DNA from: Gemmatimonadaceae bacterium
Lineage (GTDB): Bacteria; Gemmatimonadota; Gemmatimonadetes; Gemmatimonadales; Gemmatimonadaceae
NCBI GenBank assembly: GCA_052389995.1
Contig: JBQTHJ010000040.1
Span: 9,491-73,490, forward strand
Length of the DNA: 64,000 nt
Direction: 5' to 3'
The position numbers and the translations under genes are program-made. Shown here in pieces: positions 18,348-28,113 of the stretch; position 1 is the first letter of the stretch; each line of letters starts with the position of its first letter. The notes below the pieces were generated by a model. The model did no database searches. It saw nothing but the letters and a program-made list of their open reading frames with translations, and was not told the origin of the DNA.

Positions 18348-19784
18348 CTATCGTCTGGGCGACAGCGAGAAAGTCCGCCGGAGCGCCGTGCGCGCCGCGT
18401 AGTACCCACACATCCCGTGCACTGCGCCCCCGGGCGGGGTCGAGGCGGAGCAGATGTACAGATCACGAACGGGGGTCGCGTACGGCGTTAGGCTTACCGT
18501 CGGCCGGAAGAAGAGCTGGCGAAAGTCCATCACGCCACCGGCGATGTCGCCTCCGATCAGGTTCGGGTCGCGTCGCTGAAGGTCCGCCGGCGTCAGCGTG
18601 CATCGGGCGAGAATGCGGTCGCGGAATCCTGGAGCGAAGCGCTCCACCTGTTGCTCGACGCGCTCGGTCACATCCACGGTCGAGCCAACCGGCACGTGGC
18701 AGTATCCCCATGCGATGTGCCGCCCATTCGGCGCTCTCGTCGCGTCGAACACCGTGGGCTGGCCGAGGAGCACGAACGGTCGCTCCGCGTGCTCGCCGCG
18801 CCAAGGCGCCGAGTCGGCGGTAATCACCTCGTCGGCGAGGCCGCCCACATGGACGGTCGCCGCACGTTTGCACTCTGCCGCACGCCAGGGAATCGGCTCA
18901 TCCAGCGCCCAGTCGACCTTGAAGACGCCGGGCCCATAGCGAAAGCGCTCGAGCTTGCGACGATATCGGTCCGGCAAGCGTCGACCGGCGACGTCGAGGA
19001 TCTGCCGCGGCGTGAGATCGAGCAGCACCGCGCGCGATGTCGGAAGCTCGTCGAGCGATCGGACGAACGTGTTGAGCCGGATCTCGGCACCGAGTGAGCG
19101 CAAATGGTCCGCGAGGGCTCGTGCGAGCGCGCGTGATCCACCACGCGGTATCGGCCAGCCCACGGCGTGGCCGGAGATGAAGAGCGTGAGGCCGAAGGCG
19201 GCCGTCGGCCGCCTCGTTAGGTGCACGGCGCCGTGTGCCGCGACGCCGGCGAATAGCGCGCCGGCGCGGGGGCTCCGGAACGTCGCGCCGGCCAGTCCCG
19301 CCGCCGATCTCATGCCCTTGAGTCCGAACCGGGCGAACGTCAGCGGATGGTAGGGGAAGTGGAGGGGCGCGAGGACGTCATCCATCACCTTCTCCCAGCG
19401 CTCCGCGAACGGCTCCATCAATCGCGTGTACGCGTCGCCGTCGTTCCCGAGATTCGCGGCGGTGTCGCTGATCGACCGCTCGAGCGTGACCGCAGTCCCG
19501 TCGTCGAACGGATGCGCGAGCAGCGCCGGCGAATGCACCCATTCGAGCCCGAATTTCTCGAGCGGAAGCCGGCGGAAGAATGGCGACGCGGCGGCGAGCG
19601 GGTGGACGGTGGCGCAGACGTCGTGGACGAGGCCGGGGAGTGTGAGCTCGTCGGCGTGCAGCGCGCCGCCGACCTGGCTCGTGCCCTCGAGGAGCAGCAC
19701 CGAGAGACCCGCTTCGGCCATGGCGATGGATGCCGCGAGGCCGTTCGGGCCGGAGCCTACGACCACGACGTCATGTTCCGGCAT
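18348..19784 (-). CDS. FAD-dependent oxidoreductase, phytoene desaturase (CrtI) family
   Basis: N-terminal dinucleotide-binding motif VVVVGSGPNGLAASIAMAEAGLSVLLLE. Length and C-terminal GGAVHG motif fit the CrtI-like amine oxidase fold. Confidence 0.85.
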   Translation of the reverse strand: MPEHDVVVVGSGPNGLAASIAMAEAGLSVLLLEGTSQVGGALHADELTLPGLVHDVCATVHPLAAASPFFRRLPLEKFGLEWVHSPALLAHPFDDGTAVTLERSISDTAANLGNDGDAYTRLMEPFAERWEKVMDDVLAPLHFPYHPLTFARFGLKGMRSAAGLAGATFRSPRAGALFAGVAAHGAVHLTRRPTAAFGLTLFISGHAVGWPIPRGGSRALARALADHLRSLGAEIRLNTFVRSLDELPTSRAVLLDLTPRQILDVAGRRLPDRYRRKLERFRYGPGVFKVDWALDEPIPWRAAECKRAATVHVGGLADEVITADSAPWRGEHAERPFVLLGQPTVFDATRAPNGRHIAWGYCHVPVGSTVDVTERVEQQVERFAPGFRDRILARCTLTPADLQRRDPNLIGGDIAGGVMDFRQLFFRPTVSLTPYATPVRDLYICSASTPPGGAVHGMCGYYAARTALRRTFSLSPRR

Positions 19785-19808
19785 ACGGCAGGGTTCGAGG
19801 GTGGGGAA

Positions 19809-20501
19809 TCACACCCGAAGTCGATACCCCACCTTCCACACAGTCAAGATGTGCTTTGGCTCGGCTGGATCCGCCTCGAGCTTGCGTCGGAGCTCCGCGA
19901 CGTGCGCGTCCACGGTTCGCGTCGTCACCGACGATGCGTATCCCCAGATGTCGCGCAATAGCTCGTGCCGCGACGCGACCTTGCCCTGTTTTCGGTGAAG
20001 CGCGAGGAGCAGCTCGAACGCTTTCGGCGTGAGCGAGACTTCCTCGCCATTCCGGCGGACCATGTGTCCCTCGATGTCGACTTCGACATCGCCAACGCGT
20101 ACGACCTGGCCGGCTCGCGACCCGTCATCCCCACGAGGCGGTCCGCGGCGCAGGAGTGCCTGAATGCGAACCAGGAGCTCCATCACGCCGAAGGGTTTCG
20201 TCACATAGTCATCCGCACCCGTGCGGAATCCGCGCACCTTGTCCACTTCCTCGGCGCGGGCGGTGAGCATGAGGACAGGCGCTTCGACACGCATGGCGCG
20301 AAGCTTCGCGAGGACTTCGTAGCCGTCGATGCCGGGGAGCATGATGTCGAGAATGACGAGATCCGGCTTGCGCTCGCTCGCGATGCGCAGCGCGTCCTCG
20401 CCCGTGGGCGCGACGTCGACGACGTAGCCTTCCACCTCGAGGTTCGCGCGGAGACCGAGGGCGAGGTCGCCCTGATCCTCCACGACGAGAATGCGGGTCA
20501 C
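19809..20501 (-). CDS. OmpR-family response regulator
   Basis: The GTG at 20501 (VTRILVVEDQ) overlaps the kinase stop as GTGA. Receiver has DLVILDIMLPGIDG. Winged-helix C-terminus has TVDAHVAELRRKLE..ILTVWKVGYRL. Confidence 0.9.
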   Translation of the reverse strand: MTRILVVEDQGDLALGLRANLEVEGYVVDVAPTGEDALRIASERKPDLVILDIMLPGIDGYEVLAKLRAMRVEAPVLMLTARAEEVDKVRGFRTGADDYVTKPFGVMELLVRIQALLRRGPPRGDDGSRAGQVVRVGDVEVDIEGHMVRRNGEEVSLTPKAFELLLALHRKQGKVASRHELLRDIWGYASSVTTRTVDAHVAELRRKLEADPAEPKHILTVWKVGYRLRV

Positions 20502-22222
20502 GGAGACGAGGCTGTCACTTCTTCGAGCGCTGTGGGAACGGGCGGATCTCCGCGTTGCGGAGCCTCGACTGCGCGCAGCGCGATGCTCACGCGTGTGCCT
20601 CCAGAGGGAGCGTCCTCGATCCACACGCGACCCGCATGCGCGATGACGAGGTCGCGCACGACAGCGAGGCCGATTCCCGCGCCCGAAGTCTTCGGCGCGT
20701 CCCGACGGTCGAGCCGCTCGAAGGGATCGAATACGCGCCGCCTGTCAGCCGGCGCGATGCCAGGGCCGTCGTCGTCGACCGACACGACGACCTCGTCGCC
20801 GCCGCGAACGACGCGGACGACGATCGTCTGCCCCTCCGGCCCGTATTTCACGGCGTTGTCGAGCAGATTGAGCAGAATCTGACGCATCGCGCCGGGATCG
20901 ACCATCGCGTGCGCGTCGTCGTCGAGCTGCGAATGCAGGCGAGCACCCGCCGCCGCTGCCAGCGGACCGAAGGTGCCGAGCGTGTCGCGTGCCTCCGCCG
21001 CGATGTCGCGTGGCTCGGGACGAACGCGTGTCGCCCCCGCCTCGCCGCGTGAGAATCGCAGCACGCTCTCGACGAGCGAGGCGAGTCGGCGCGTCTCGCG
21101 GAAGATGACCGAGAGGAAGTGGCGACGCTCATCCGTGGAGCGTTCGCGGCCGAGCAGCAATGTCTCGCTGAACATCGAGATTTGCGAGAGCGGCGTGCGG
21201 AGCTCGTGCGACACGTTGGCGACGAACTGGTTGCGGAGGCGCGCCAGCTCGCGACTCCGCCGGAGCTGCGCGAACGCCCCCAGCGCCAGGAGAACGGACA
21301 GAATCAGCAGCGCGAGCAGGGCGGGAAGCCGGGACGGCGGCAGCCCTCCGATGATGAGAGACGACGCGAGCCTGGGCTCGAGACTGACGGTGACGATGAG
21401 GCCGCCCTGATCGGCCGACATCGTGTCGGATGCGGCGAATCGCTCGTCGAGCCGCCCCCGCTCGAAGAACGGCTCGCCGTCGGGACGGCTCACGCGAATG
21501 GCGATGACGCTGTCGTTAGGTATGTTCCCGACGAGCGCCCGGGGAAGCAGCTGTTCGTTCCGTGCGACGGTGTGGAAGAGCGTGTCGAGCGCTTTGGGCG
21601 GCGCATCGACTCCGTACGCGGCCCACACGCCCGCCACCGAGTCGCGCACCAGCGCCAGCGAGATGACGCGCTCGACGCCGCCGATCGTGTCCACGGCGAG
21701 CCGGTGCGGATCCCGGTTCGTCGCCGTCTCGCGGACGATGCGCGCGACGCGCTCGGGGAGCGCGTTCCGCGTGGCGGCACCAAGGGGTTCGCCGGCGACA
21801 ACGATGCGTCCATCACGAAGGTCCACCAGGAACGCAGACTTCGCCCGCTTCGCGATCCAGCAGGTGACGATGGTCGTGTCGACCTCGAGCAGCGTCGACG
21901 GCGGGGGGAGCTGTGTCCCCGGCGCGGCGGTGAGGTTGCCCATCGACGGCACCAGGGACGCTGCGGCAGCCCCATGGAGCGCGTCATCCGCGTGCCGGAC
22001 GTATTGCCAGGTCGCGACAGACGCGTAGTCCCGCAACGCACGGTCCGCCGTTCGGCGCTGCGACCGCTCAGCCGCCCGCGCGTGCAGAGCGAGTCCGAAG
22101 ACGAGCGCGACCAGTGAGAAGAGGGCGACCGCGACCACGGTCTGCCCTCCACTCACCCCTCGTCCTCGCCGGAAAGAAAAGGTGCTCATCGCTCGCCTGT
22201 GGGTGGGCTCCTCCGAATGCAT
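20498..22222 (-). CDS. Membrane sensor histidine kinase
   Basis: TM helix, periplasmic region, second TM. H-box SHELRTPLSQI. N-box LLNLLDNAVKY. DDGPGI and GAGIGLAVV G-boxes. Alternative ATG at 22189. Confidence 0.88.
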   Translation of the reverse strand: MHSEEPTHRRAMSTFSFRRGRGVSGGQTVVAVALFSLVALVFGLALHARAAERSQRRTADRALRDYASVATWQYVRHADDALHGAAAASLVPSMGNLTAAPGTQLPPPSTLLEVDTTIVTCWIAKRAKSAFLVDLRDGRIVVAGEPLGAATRNALPERVARIVRETATNRDPHRLAVDTIGGVERVISLALVRDSVAGVWAAYGVDAPPKALDTLFHTVARNEQLLPRALVGNIPNDSVIAIRVSRPDGEPFFERGRLDERFAASDTMSADQGGLIVTVSLEPRLASSLIIGGLPPSRLPALLALLILSVLLALGAFAQLRRSRELARLRNQFVANVSHELRTPLSQISMFSETLLLGRERSTDERRHFLSVIFRETRRLASLVESVLRFSRGEAGATRVRPEPRDIAAEARDTLGTFGPLAAAAGARLHSQLDDDAHAMVDPGAMRQILLNLLDNAVKYGPEGQTIVVRVVRGGDEVVVSVDDDGPGIAPADRRRVFDPFERLDRRDAPKTSGAGIGLAVVRDLVIAHAGRVWIEDAPSGGTRVSIALRAVEAPQRGDPPVPTALEEVTASSP

Positions 22223-22280
22223 AACCGGGGGCCCGTACGCCGGGAGAAAGAAGTGTAAAAAAAGTGTGAAACGGTACCAG

Positions 22281-23681
22281 TCAGAGCCTGGCCAGCCGCT
22301 CCCAATCGGCGAGGCTCAGCTTCGCAACGACCTCGAACCTTCCGCTCGCGCTGTTGGGCCGAAGCACCACGCAGTCCCCCTCGTTGATTTCCCCCCGGCG
22401 AAACATGGTCAGGATGCGGTAGAGCGTGCCCTGATGCGTCATGAGGACGCGGTTCTGTCCCTCGGGTGGATCATTGGTGAAGAGCGGCATGAGCTCGCTC
22501 AGCGGCGGTTGGCCACGGAGAAGCCGGGTGATGGCAACCGCCGTATCGCCGAACGCCAGCTCCGCCGACTCGCGCGTCCGAAACATTGGGCTGGCAAGCA
22601 CCGGGCAGACGCCGACGCGCGCTGCGCGCACGGCCCGGCCGATCGCGAGCGCCTGCTGCCTGCCTTCCTCGCTCAGATTGCGCTGCAATGCGCGGTCCGT
22701 TGACGACTCGTCTCGTGCGCCGTCGACGGTGATCGCGTGTCGGCACGCGAGCACGAGACCTCCTGCTCGCAAGGCGGCAAGCAGTGACGCGTCATCCAGT
22801 TGCTTGATTCTCGTCTTCCACGCGAGCGGGTCGCGCTCCTGTGCTGAGGCGGGCTCAGCTGCCGCGATGCTGAGGACGAGAAGCGCCACCAGTGCACGCG
22901 CCACGGATACGCTGGCAGTACGGCGTTTCATGCCGATGACGAGCGCGAGAGCGAACGGCGCGGCATAGCTCCCGGCGCGCTCGACAAACTCCCATACTGG
23001 CGCGCCGCCGACGATCCACAGCGACTCGGTCGCGAGCTTCCACGCGACGATCCCGAGCGCCGTCGCCGCGGTAGGGCGGAAGATCAGCATGGCGACGAGC
23101 GCGAGCTCGAGCCAACCGAGAATTGGCGTCGCAATCACCGCGTTCTCATGGCCCAGGCCGAGCGCCATGTAGTGAGTCGTGAGCGCGGGCTCGCCATAGA
23201 CCCCAAGCGCGCCGTGCCCGCTCAGGAGAAGCGCGGTGGTCGCCGCGAACACCAGGCTGAGCGTCCGCTGCACTTCGGGCGTGAGCGGCTGCGGGACGGC
23301 GGGCGCGAACCAGGTGCGCCACCCGTGGAGCGGCCAGGAGATGAGCAGCATGGCGAAGGGGACGCCGTAATTCCCCGCGCGCTCGAGCAGCTCGAACGGG
23401 GAATCACCGGTCAGCGGACGAAGCGCCGCCGTCCAGAGGGCCCAGGCGACCATGTAGAGCAACGCCGCCGGGCGCGGGGAGATGAGCACCGAGAGGCCCA
23501 CCAAGATATCCACGGCGCCGATGACCGGCATGAGCGCGAACGCCGCCGTGCGTCCGATCCCGAGGAAACCAAAGAATGGAAGCCACGCTTCCTTGGTGAT
23601 GATACCGAAAGCGCCGTGGCCAATGAAGCAGAGTGCGGCGCCAACGCGAAGCGTCCACCAGAGCGCGCGAGTGGAGGCCAT
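22281..23681 (-). CDS. Fusion protein: duplicated 4-TM membrane module plus histidine-phosphatase (PGAM-like) domain
   Basis: Two internal repeats (GHGAFG...ERAGNYGVPFA and GHGALG...ERAGSYAAPFA). Then MKRRTASVSVARALVALLVLSIAAAEPASAQ (signal-peptide-like, ATG 22931) and LVLACRHAITVDG, the RHG-type motif of the histidine phosphatase superfamily. No stop codon lies between the modules. Confidence 0.7.
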   Translation of the reverse strand: MASTRALWWTLRVGAALCFIGHGAFGIITKEAWLPFFGFLGIGRTAAFALMPVIGAVDILVGLSVLISPRPAALLYMVAWALWTAALRPLTGDSPFELLERAGNYGVPFAMLLISWPLHGWRTWFAPAVPQPLTPEVQRTLSLVFAATTALLLSGHGALGVYGEPALTTHYMALGLGHENAVIATPILGWLELALVAMLIFRPTAATALGIVAWKLATESLWIVGGAPVWEFVERAGSYAAPFALALVIGMKRRTASVSVARALVALLVLSIAAAEPASAQERDPLAWKTRIKQLDDASLLAALRAGGLVLACRHAITVDGARDESSTDRALQRNLSEEGRQQALAIGRAVRAARVGVCPVLASPMFRTRESAELAFGDTAVAITRLLRGQPPLSELMPLFTNDPPEGQNRVLMTHQGTLYRILTMFRRGEINEGDCVVLRPNSASGRFEVVAKLSLADWERLARL

Positions 23682-23827
23682 ACCCGTCTCCCCGATCGAT
23701 AGTCGAGAAGGAAGCTCGCGTCGCCCATCCCAGCGGTGGTGAAGCCAGCGCGAGAAAGTTGTGCGGAACGTGCACGGTTCTTTCACCGTCCGCGCGTGGT
23801 GTCCTGTCATTCTGCTGGTGTCAGCGG

Positions 23828-26494
23828 ATGGGAGGACCCGTGGTCGCAGCAGTCATGCTCGTTTTCTCGCTTCTGCTCGTGCTGCCAATGCGCGCGCAAA
23901 CCATGCCCGTCTCGACCCCGGCGGATACTGTGCGCACTGCGGCAGTTGCCGCATCGCGCGCGGTCGGGGCGCTCAGGATCAGCCACACGATATCCATTGA
24001 TGGGGCGTTGGATGAACAGCCGTGGCGCGAGGCCGAGGCGGCTGGTGATTTTGTGCAGCAACGTCCCACGCCGGGGGCGCCGGCGAGCCAAAGCTCGGAG
24101 GTCCGCGTCCTCTACACCGACGAGGCGCTGTACGTCGGCGCGACCCTGCTCGACTCGGCCCCGGACTCGATCGTGGCTCAGCTCGGACGCCGCGACACCG
24201 AGCTCGTCGCCGACTGGTTCTGGGTGCAGGTCGACAGCCGCGACGACAACCGGTCCGCGTTCGTATTCGGCGTCAACGCTGCCGGCGTCATTCGGGACTA
24301 CATGCGAGTTGATGACACCGGAACTCACGCGGACTGGGACGCGGTGTGGCACGGTGTCGCGCGCGTCGGAAGGGACGGATGGAGCGTGGAGATGCGCATC
24401 CCGCTCTCGCAGCTGCGATTCTCGACAGGCGACCGGAGCTGGGGCGTCAACTTCGCGCGCGAGATTGCGCGGCGCGAGGAGATCTCTTACTGGGCGCCGA
24501 TCGCACCCACAGCGTCGGGATTCGTGTCGCTCTTCGGCGAGCTTCGCGGCCTTCGCGATCTCGAGCCCGCGCGCCAGATCGAGCTTCGACCGTACGTTGT
24601 CGCCCGCGTCACGCAGGCCCCGGGCGAACGGGCGAATCCCTTCTACGAGCCGTACGACGCTTTCTCCTCACTGGGTGGGGATATCACCATCGGCCTAACG
24701 AGCGGCGTCACGCTCACTGCCACGCTCAACCCCGACTTCGGCCAGGTGGAGGCCGATCCGGCGCAGATCAACCTCACTGACCAGGAGCTGTGGCTGCCGG
24801 AGCAGCGACCATTCTTCCTCGATGGCGCGGAGCTCTTCGACACAGGCCACCCGCAGCTGTTTTACTCGCGGCGGATTGGGCGCGCGCCGCAAGCCGCGCT
24901 TCCTGGCGAGGCCGTGTACGCCGAGCGACCGGATGCGGCGACGATCCTTGGTGCAGTGAAGGTGGCGGGCACCACCGCCGGCGGTTGGTCGATCGGGATG
25001 CTCGATGCCGTCACCGCGCGCGAAACGGTGGCGCTGGTCACCGCAGATGGGGTAGGTGGCGAAGCGATCGTCGAACCGATGACCAACTATTCCGTGGCAC
25101 GCCTCGCGCGGGAATTCCGTGAAGGAAAGAGCGGCCTCGGCGTCATCGCGACGACCGTGCATCGCGATCTCGATCGCGAGCCCGGGCTGCAATTCCTCAC
25201 GTCACGTGCGTTCAGCGGCGGCATCGACGGCCACCATCGGTTCGGCAAGGGCGACCTCGAGCTGAGCGCGTCACTGCGCGCGAGCCACATCTCGGGGTCG
25301 GCGAATGCGCTGACGCGCGTGCAGCGGAACTCCATTCATCGATTTCAACGGCCGGACGCCGATCATCTGGAGCTGGACTCCACGCGAACGGCGCTGTCCG
25401 GTGCGCGGGCGGAAGTCAACTTCACGAAGATCGGCGGCGGCAACTGGCGTTGGGAGCTCGGCGGGTACGTCGCCACGCCCGGCTTCGAGGTGAACGATCT
25501 CGGCTTTGCCGGCGCGAGCGACCGAGGCGTCGGTTGGGGCACGTTCGGCTATTCGCGCTTCGCCCCCGGTCGGATCTTTCGCCGGTGGGACCTCAGCGGT
25601 TTCGCGAACACGAGCCGCACGACGGGCAATGAGCCACTTGGCTCCTACTTCGACCTGACGCTCGATGCGCAGTTCGCTAACTACTGGACCGTGTATGCGT
25701 GGGTGGATTACGAGACGGCGGCGTTCAGCACCGAGGCGTTGCGCGGCGGGCCCGCGCTGCGCCGTCCGGGTGCGTGGTGGTATTCCCTGAGCCTCACGGG
25801 TGACCGCCGAAAGCCGCTCGTGCTCGGTGCTTCGATCATGCATCGGGCCGAGGACGAGACTGACGGAGCGTGGACATTTGTCTCGTCGAGCGTGACGATC
25901 CGGCCGTCATCGCGCATGGACCTCACCCTCAGGCCGCGCATGGAGTGGAACCGTGAGGCGGCGCAGTTCGTCTCGTCGCACATGATCGACGATAGTACCC
26001 ACTACGTTTTCGCGCCGCTCAAGCAGCGGACCGCCTCGCTGACTGCGCGATTGAACTACGCTGTGTCACCGAGACTGTCGCTCCAGGTGTATGCGCAGCC
26101 GTTCGTCAGCGCCGGTGATTATCGCGGATTCACGGTGGTTCGAGATCCCCACGCTCGCCGTGAACGTGAGCGCTTCGGCGCATTGCAGAGTGATCGGGTG
26201 CAGGAATCACGTGGGCCCGGGGGCGGGCGGCGGTACGCTCTCGATCTGAACGACGACGCTGCGTTCGATCTCGAGCTCTCCGATCCCGATTTCAACAGCC
26301 GACAGTTCCGCTCGAACGTGGTCATGCGCTGGGAATTCCGGCCCGGCTCGACGCTCTTCGTGGCGTGGAGTCAGAGCCGCGATTCCTTCGATCCCGACGG
26401 ATCATTCGAGCTCGGCCGGGACATGGGAGCGCTGTTCGGCGGACCGGGCACAAACGCCGTGATGGTCAAGCTGAGCTACTGGTTGGGGCTTTAG
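23828..26494 (+). CDS. Outer-membrane CBM9-like / DUF5916 family protein
   Basis: The ATG at 23828 gives signal peptide MGGPVVAAVMLVFSLLLVLPMRAQT. IDGALDEQPWREAEAAGDFVQQRPTPGAPAS..VRVLYTDEALYVGA is the characteristic N-terminal CBM9-like module. A long beta-rich C-terminus ends in YWLGL. Confidence 0.75.
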   Translation: MGGPVVAAVMLVFSLLLVLPMRAQTMPVSTPADTVRTAAVAASRAVGALRISHTISIDGALDEQPWREAEAAGDFVQQRPTPGAPASQSSEVRVLYTDEALYVGATLLDSAPDSIVAQLGRRDTELVADWFWVQVDSRDDNRSAFVFGVNAAGVIRDYMRVDDTGTHADWDAVWHGVARVGRDGWSVEMRIPLSQLRFSTGDRSWGVNFAREIARREEISYWAPIAPTASGFVSLFGELRGLRDLEPARQIELRPYVVARVTQAPGERANPFYEPYDAFSSLGGDITIGLTSGVTLTATLNPDFGQVEADPAQINLTDQELWLPEQRPFFLDGAELFDTGHPQLFYSRRIGRAPQAALPGEAVYAERPDAATILGAVKVAGTTAGGWSIGMLDAVTARETVALVTADGVGGEAIVEPMTNYSVARLAREFREGKSGLGVIATTVHRDLDREPGLQFLTSRAFSGGIDGHHRFGKGDLELSASLRASHISGSANALTRVQRNSIHRFQRPDADHLELDSTRTALSGARAEVNFTKIGGGNWRWELGGYVATPGFEVNDLGFAGASDRGVGWGTFGYSRFAPGRIFRRWDLSGFANTSRTTGNEPLGSYFDLTLDAQFANYWTVYAWVDYETAAFSTEALRGGPALRRPGAWWYSLSLTGDRRKPLVLGASIMHRAEDETDGAWTFVSSSVTIRPSSRMDLTLRPRMEWNREAAQFVSSHMIDDSTHYVFAPLKQRTASLTARLNYAVSPRLSLQVYAQPFVSAGDYRGFTVVRDPHARRERERFGALQSDRVQESRGPGGGRRYALDLNDDAAFDLELSDPDFNSRQFRSNVVMRWEFRPGSTLFVAWSQSRDSFDPDGSFELGRDMGALFGGPGTNAVMVKLSYWLGL

Positions 26495-26518
26495 CCGCGC
26501 CCCCGCCGCCGCATGACT

Positions 26519-26559
26519 TGCATTTGCCAGTTGCATTTGCAAGCCGTGGATCGTATAGT
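26519..26559 (+). promoter_or_regulatory. Promoter with tandem TTGCATTTGC repeats (putative operator) of the RES-Xre TA operon
   Basis: TTGCATTTGC cag TTGCATTTGC (26519..26528 and 26531..26540). The second TTGCAT serves as -35, then an exactly 17-nt spacer, then TATAGT (26554..26559). AGGAGG lies 7 nt before the ATG at 26580. Confidence 0.5.
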
Positions 26560-26579
26560 GAGTGGCAGGAGGAGCGACC

Positions 26580-26939
26580 ATGGCCACAGCCGCCGCCAGC
26601 GTATCAGCCGACCTTCGGGTCCTCGATCGAGCCCACGACCGCCTCCAGCTCAGCTGGGCGGACATCGGCGCCATCATCGGCGTCGACGAGAGCACCGTCC
26701 ACCGCTGGAGGAGCCGCACGTCGACGCCGCGCCCCATGGTGCGCACCCGCGTTGCCCAGCTCCACGAGACGCTCGACCTCTTGAAGCGCGTCTTTGCGGG
26801 TCCCGATCTCGCCCGCCAGTGGCTCACCGAGAAAAAGCCGAAGGGCCTCGGTGGCAGCGAGACGCCGCTCGACGTCATGCGCGCGGGTCGGATCGACCGC
26901 GTCCTGATGCTCCTGCACTACCTCGCACGCGGAGCCTGA
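26580..26939 (+). CDS. Xre/MbcA/ParS-type antitoxin (DUF2384 C-terminal domain)
   Basis: HTH-like LSWADIGAIIGVDESTVHRWR. C-terminal A..WL..P...LGG.TPLDVM..G....V motif (ARQWLTEKKPKGLGGSETPLDVMRAGRIDRVLMLL). Immediately precedes a RES gene. Confidence 0.85.
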   Translation: MATAAASVSADLRVLDRAHDRLQLSWADIGAIIGVDESTVHRWRSRTSTPRPMVRTRVAQLHETLDLLKRVFAGPDLARQWLTEKKPKGLGGSETPLDVMRAGRIDRVLMLLHYLARGA

Positions 26940-26997
26940 AATCCCGGGAGCAAGCGACGGGCTGACCTGGATCGGTTCGCCGGTCGAGGTCTTTCGC

Positions 26998-27525
26998 GTG
27001 GTGCACAGCGTCCACGTCGACGAGGCCAGACACGACTTTCTCGGGTACCTCCGGCAAACGCTCTCGGGCAGCCAACGCCAGGGCGGGCGGTTCAACCCTC
27101 CCGGGGAATTCGGCGCGCTCTACACCAGTGCCGATGAGGAGACGGCGTGGTTCGAGGTGGCGGCGCGCTTCCAGCGCGAGGGAATCGACGGGCTCCCGCC
27201 CGACATGGGTGTGCTGCGTCTGGTGGTCTCCGCCGGCCGTTATGCCGACGTCACCACCGAGGACGGATGCGCGGTGTGGGACATCTCGCCCGCGGCGGTC
27301 GCGGACCCGGAGCCCGACAAACGCGACATCGAAGCGTGCTGGGAGCTCGCACGCGCCATACGCGCCGTCGCCGACGCCATTCTCGCGCCTTCGGCGCGCG
27401 CAGAAGGCGTGAACATGCCGCTCTTTCCCGATCGTGAGGAGGGCGAGCTCGCGCTCGAGCTGCAAGCGGTGAGCGATCGCGCGGTTCCCGACCGGTTCCT
27501 CCAGCGCGCGAACGAGTCCTGGTGA
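26998..27525 (+). CDS. RES-domain toxin (MbcT/ParT-like NAD+-targeting family)
   Basis: GGRFNPPGEFGALYTSADEETAWFEV carries the R..E..S signature. Start uncertain: the frame is open upstream to about 26941, but no ATG/GTG lies there. Confidence 0.85.
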   Translation: MVHSVHVDEARHDFLGYLRQTLSGSQRQGGRFNPPGEFGALYTSADEETAWFEVAARFQREGIDGLPPDMGVLRLVVSAGRYADVTTEDGCAVWDISPAAVADPEPDKRDIEACWELARAIRAVADAILAPSARAEGVNMPLFPDREEGELALELQAVSDRAVPDRFLQRANESW

Positions 27526-27538
27526 GATTCGGCCGACG

Positions 27539-27976
27539 TTAGGCTGGTGGGGCGGGCTCCAGCGGTGCCTTCATCGGTCCGCGTCCGTAGGCCATCTGCG
27601 TTCCGGTCCAGGTTGATATAGGAACGCCGACCGCGGCTGCGACGAAGAACCAGACTGGATGCGGGATCGTGAACATGTTGTAGAGCGAAGCGACGAGGAT
27701 CAGCGTGCCCACGAGGTAGCCGGGCCAGCGCACCGCGCGGTGGACGACGCGGACGGCCATGAAGGCGCCGAGGCCCGCGCCCAGCATCCAGCCCACCACG
27801 ATCACGAGAAACGCGGTGAAGGGAAGCTGCGCGATGAGCACCCGCATCGCGTCAGGGTTGCGGGGGTCGAATCCAGGCGGCGGAGGGTGAATGGTGTGGC
27901 TGACGAGATTCATCGCGTATATTACGGTCACGGCCACGATGAGTCCCGCGACGACGCTGAAAATGGCACGCGCCAT
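27539..27976 (-). CDS. Small integral membrane protein (4 predicted TM helices)
   Basis: 145-aa ORF made almost entirely of hydrophobic helices (IFSVVAGLIVAVTVIYA, FLVIVVGWMLGAGLGAFMAV, LVGTLILVASLY, VWFFVAAAVGV). GC3-rich codons. Confidence 0.6.
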   Translation of the reverse strand: MARAIFSVVAGLIVAVTVIYAMNLVSHTIHPPPPGFDPRNPDAMRVLIAQLPFTAFLVIVVGWMLGAGLGAFMAVRVVHRAVRWPGYLVGTLILVASLYNMFTIPHPVWFFVAAAVGVPISTWTGTQMAYGRGPMKAPLEPAPPA

Positions 27977-28113
27977 GGCTGCCCCGCGTTTGAAGACGCG
28001 GCGAAGTTACGACATTCGCGGCGATCGGACAAAGAAGGCGAGGCGCGAAACCACCGCTTCGCGCACTCCGTAGGCTTCATCGGTCCCTCCGTCGTTTCCC
28101 CTCGGATCTCACG

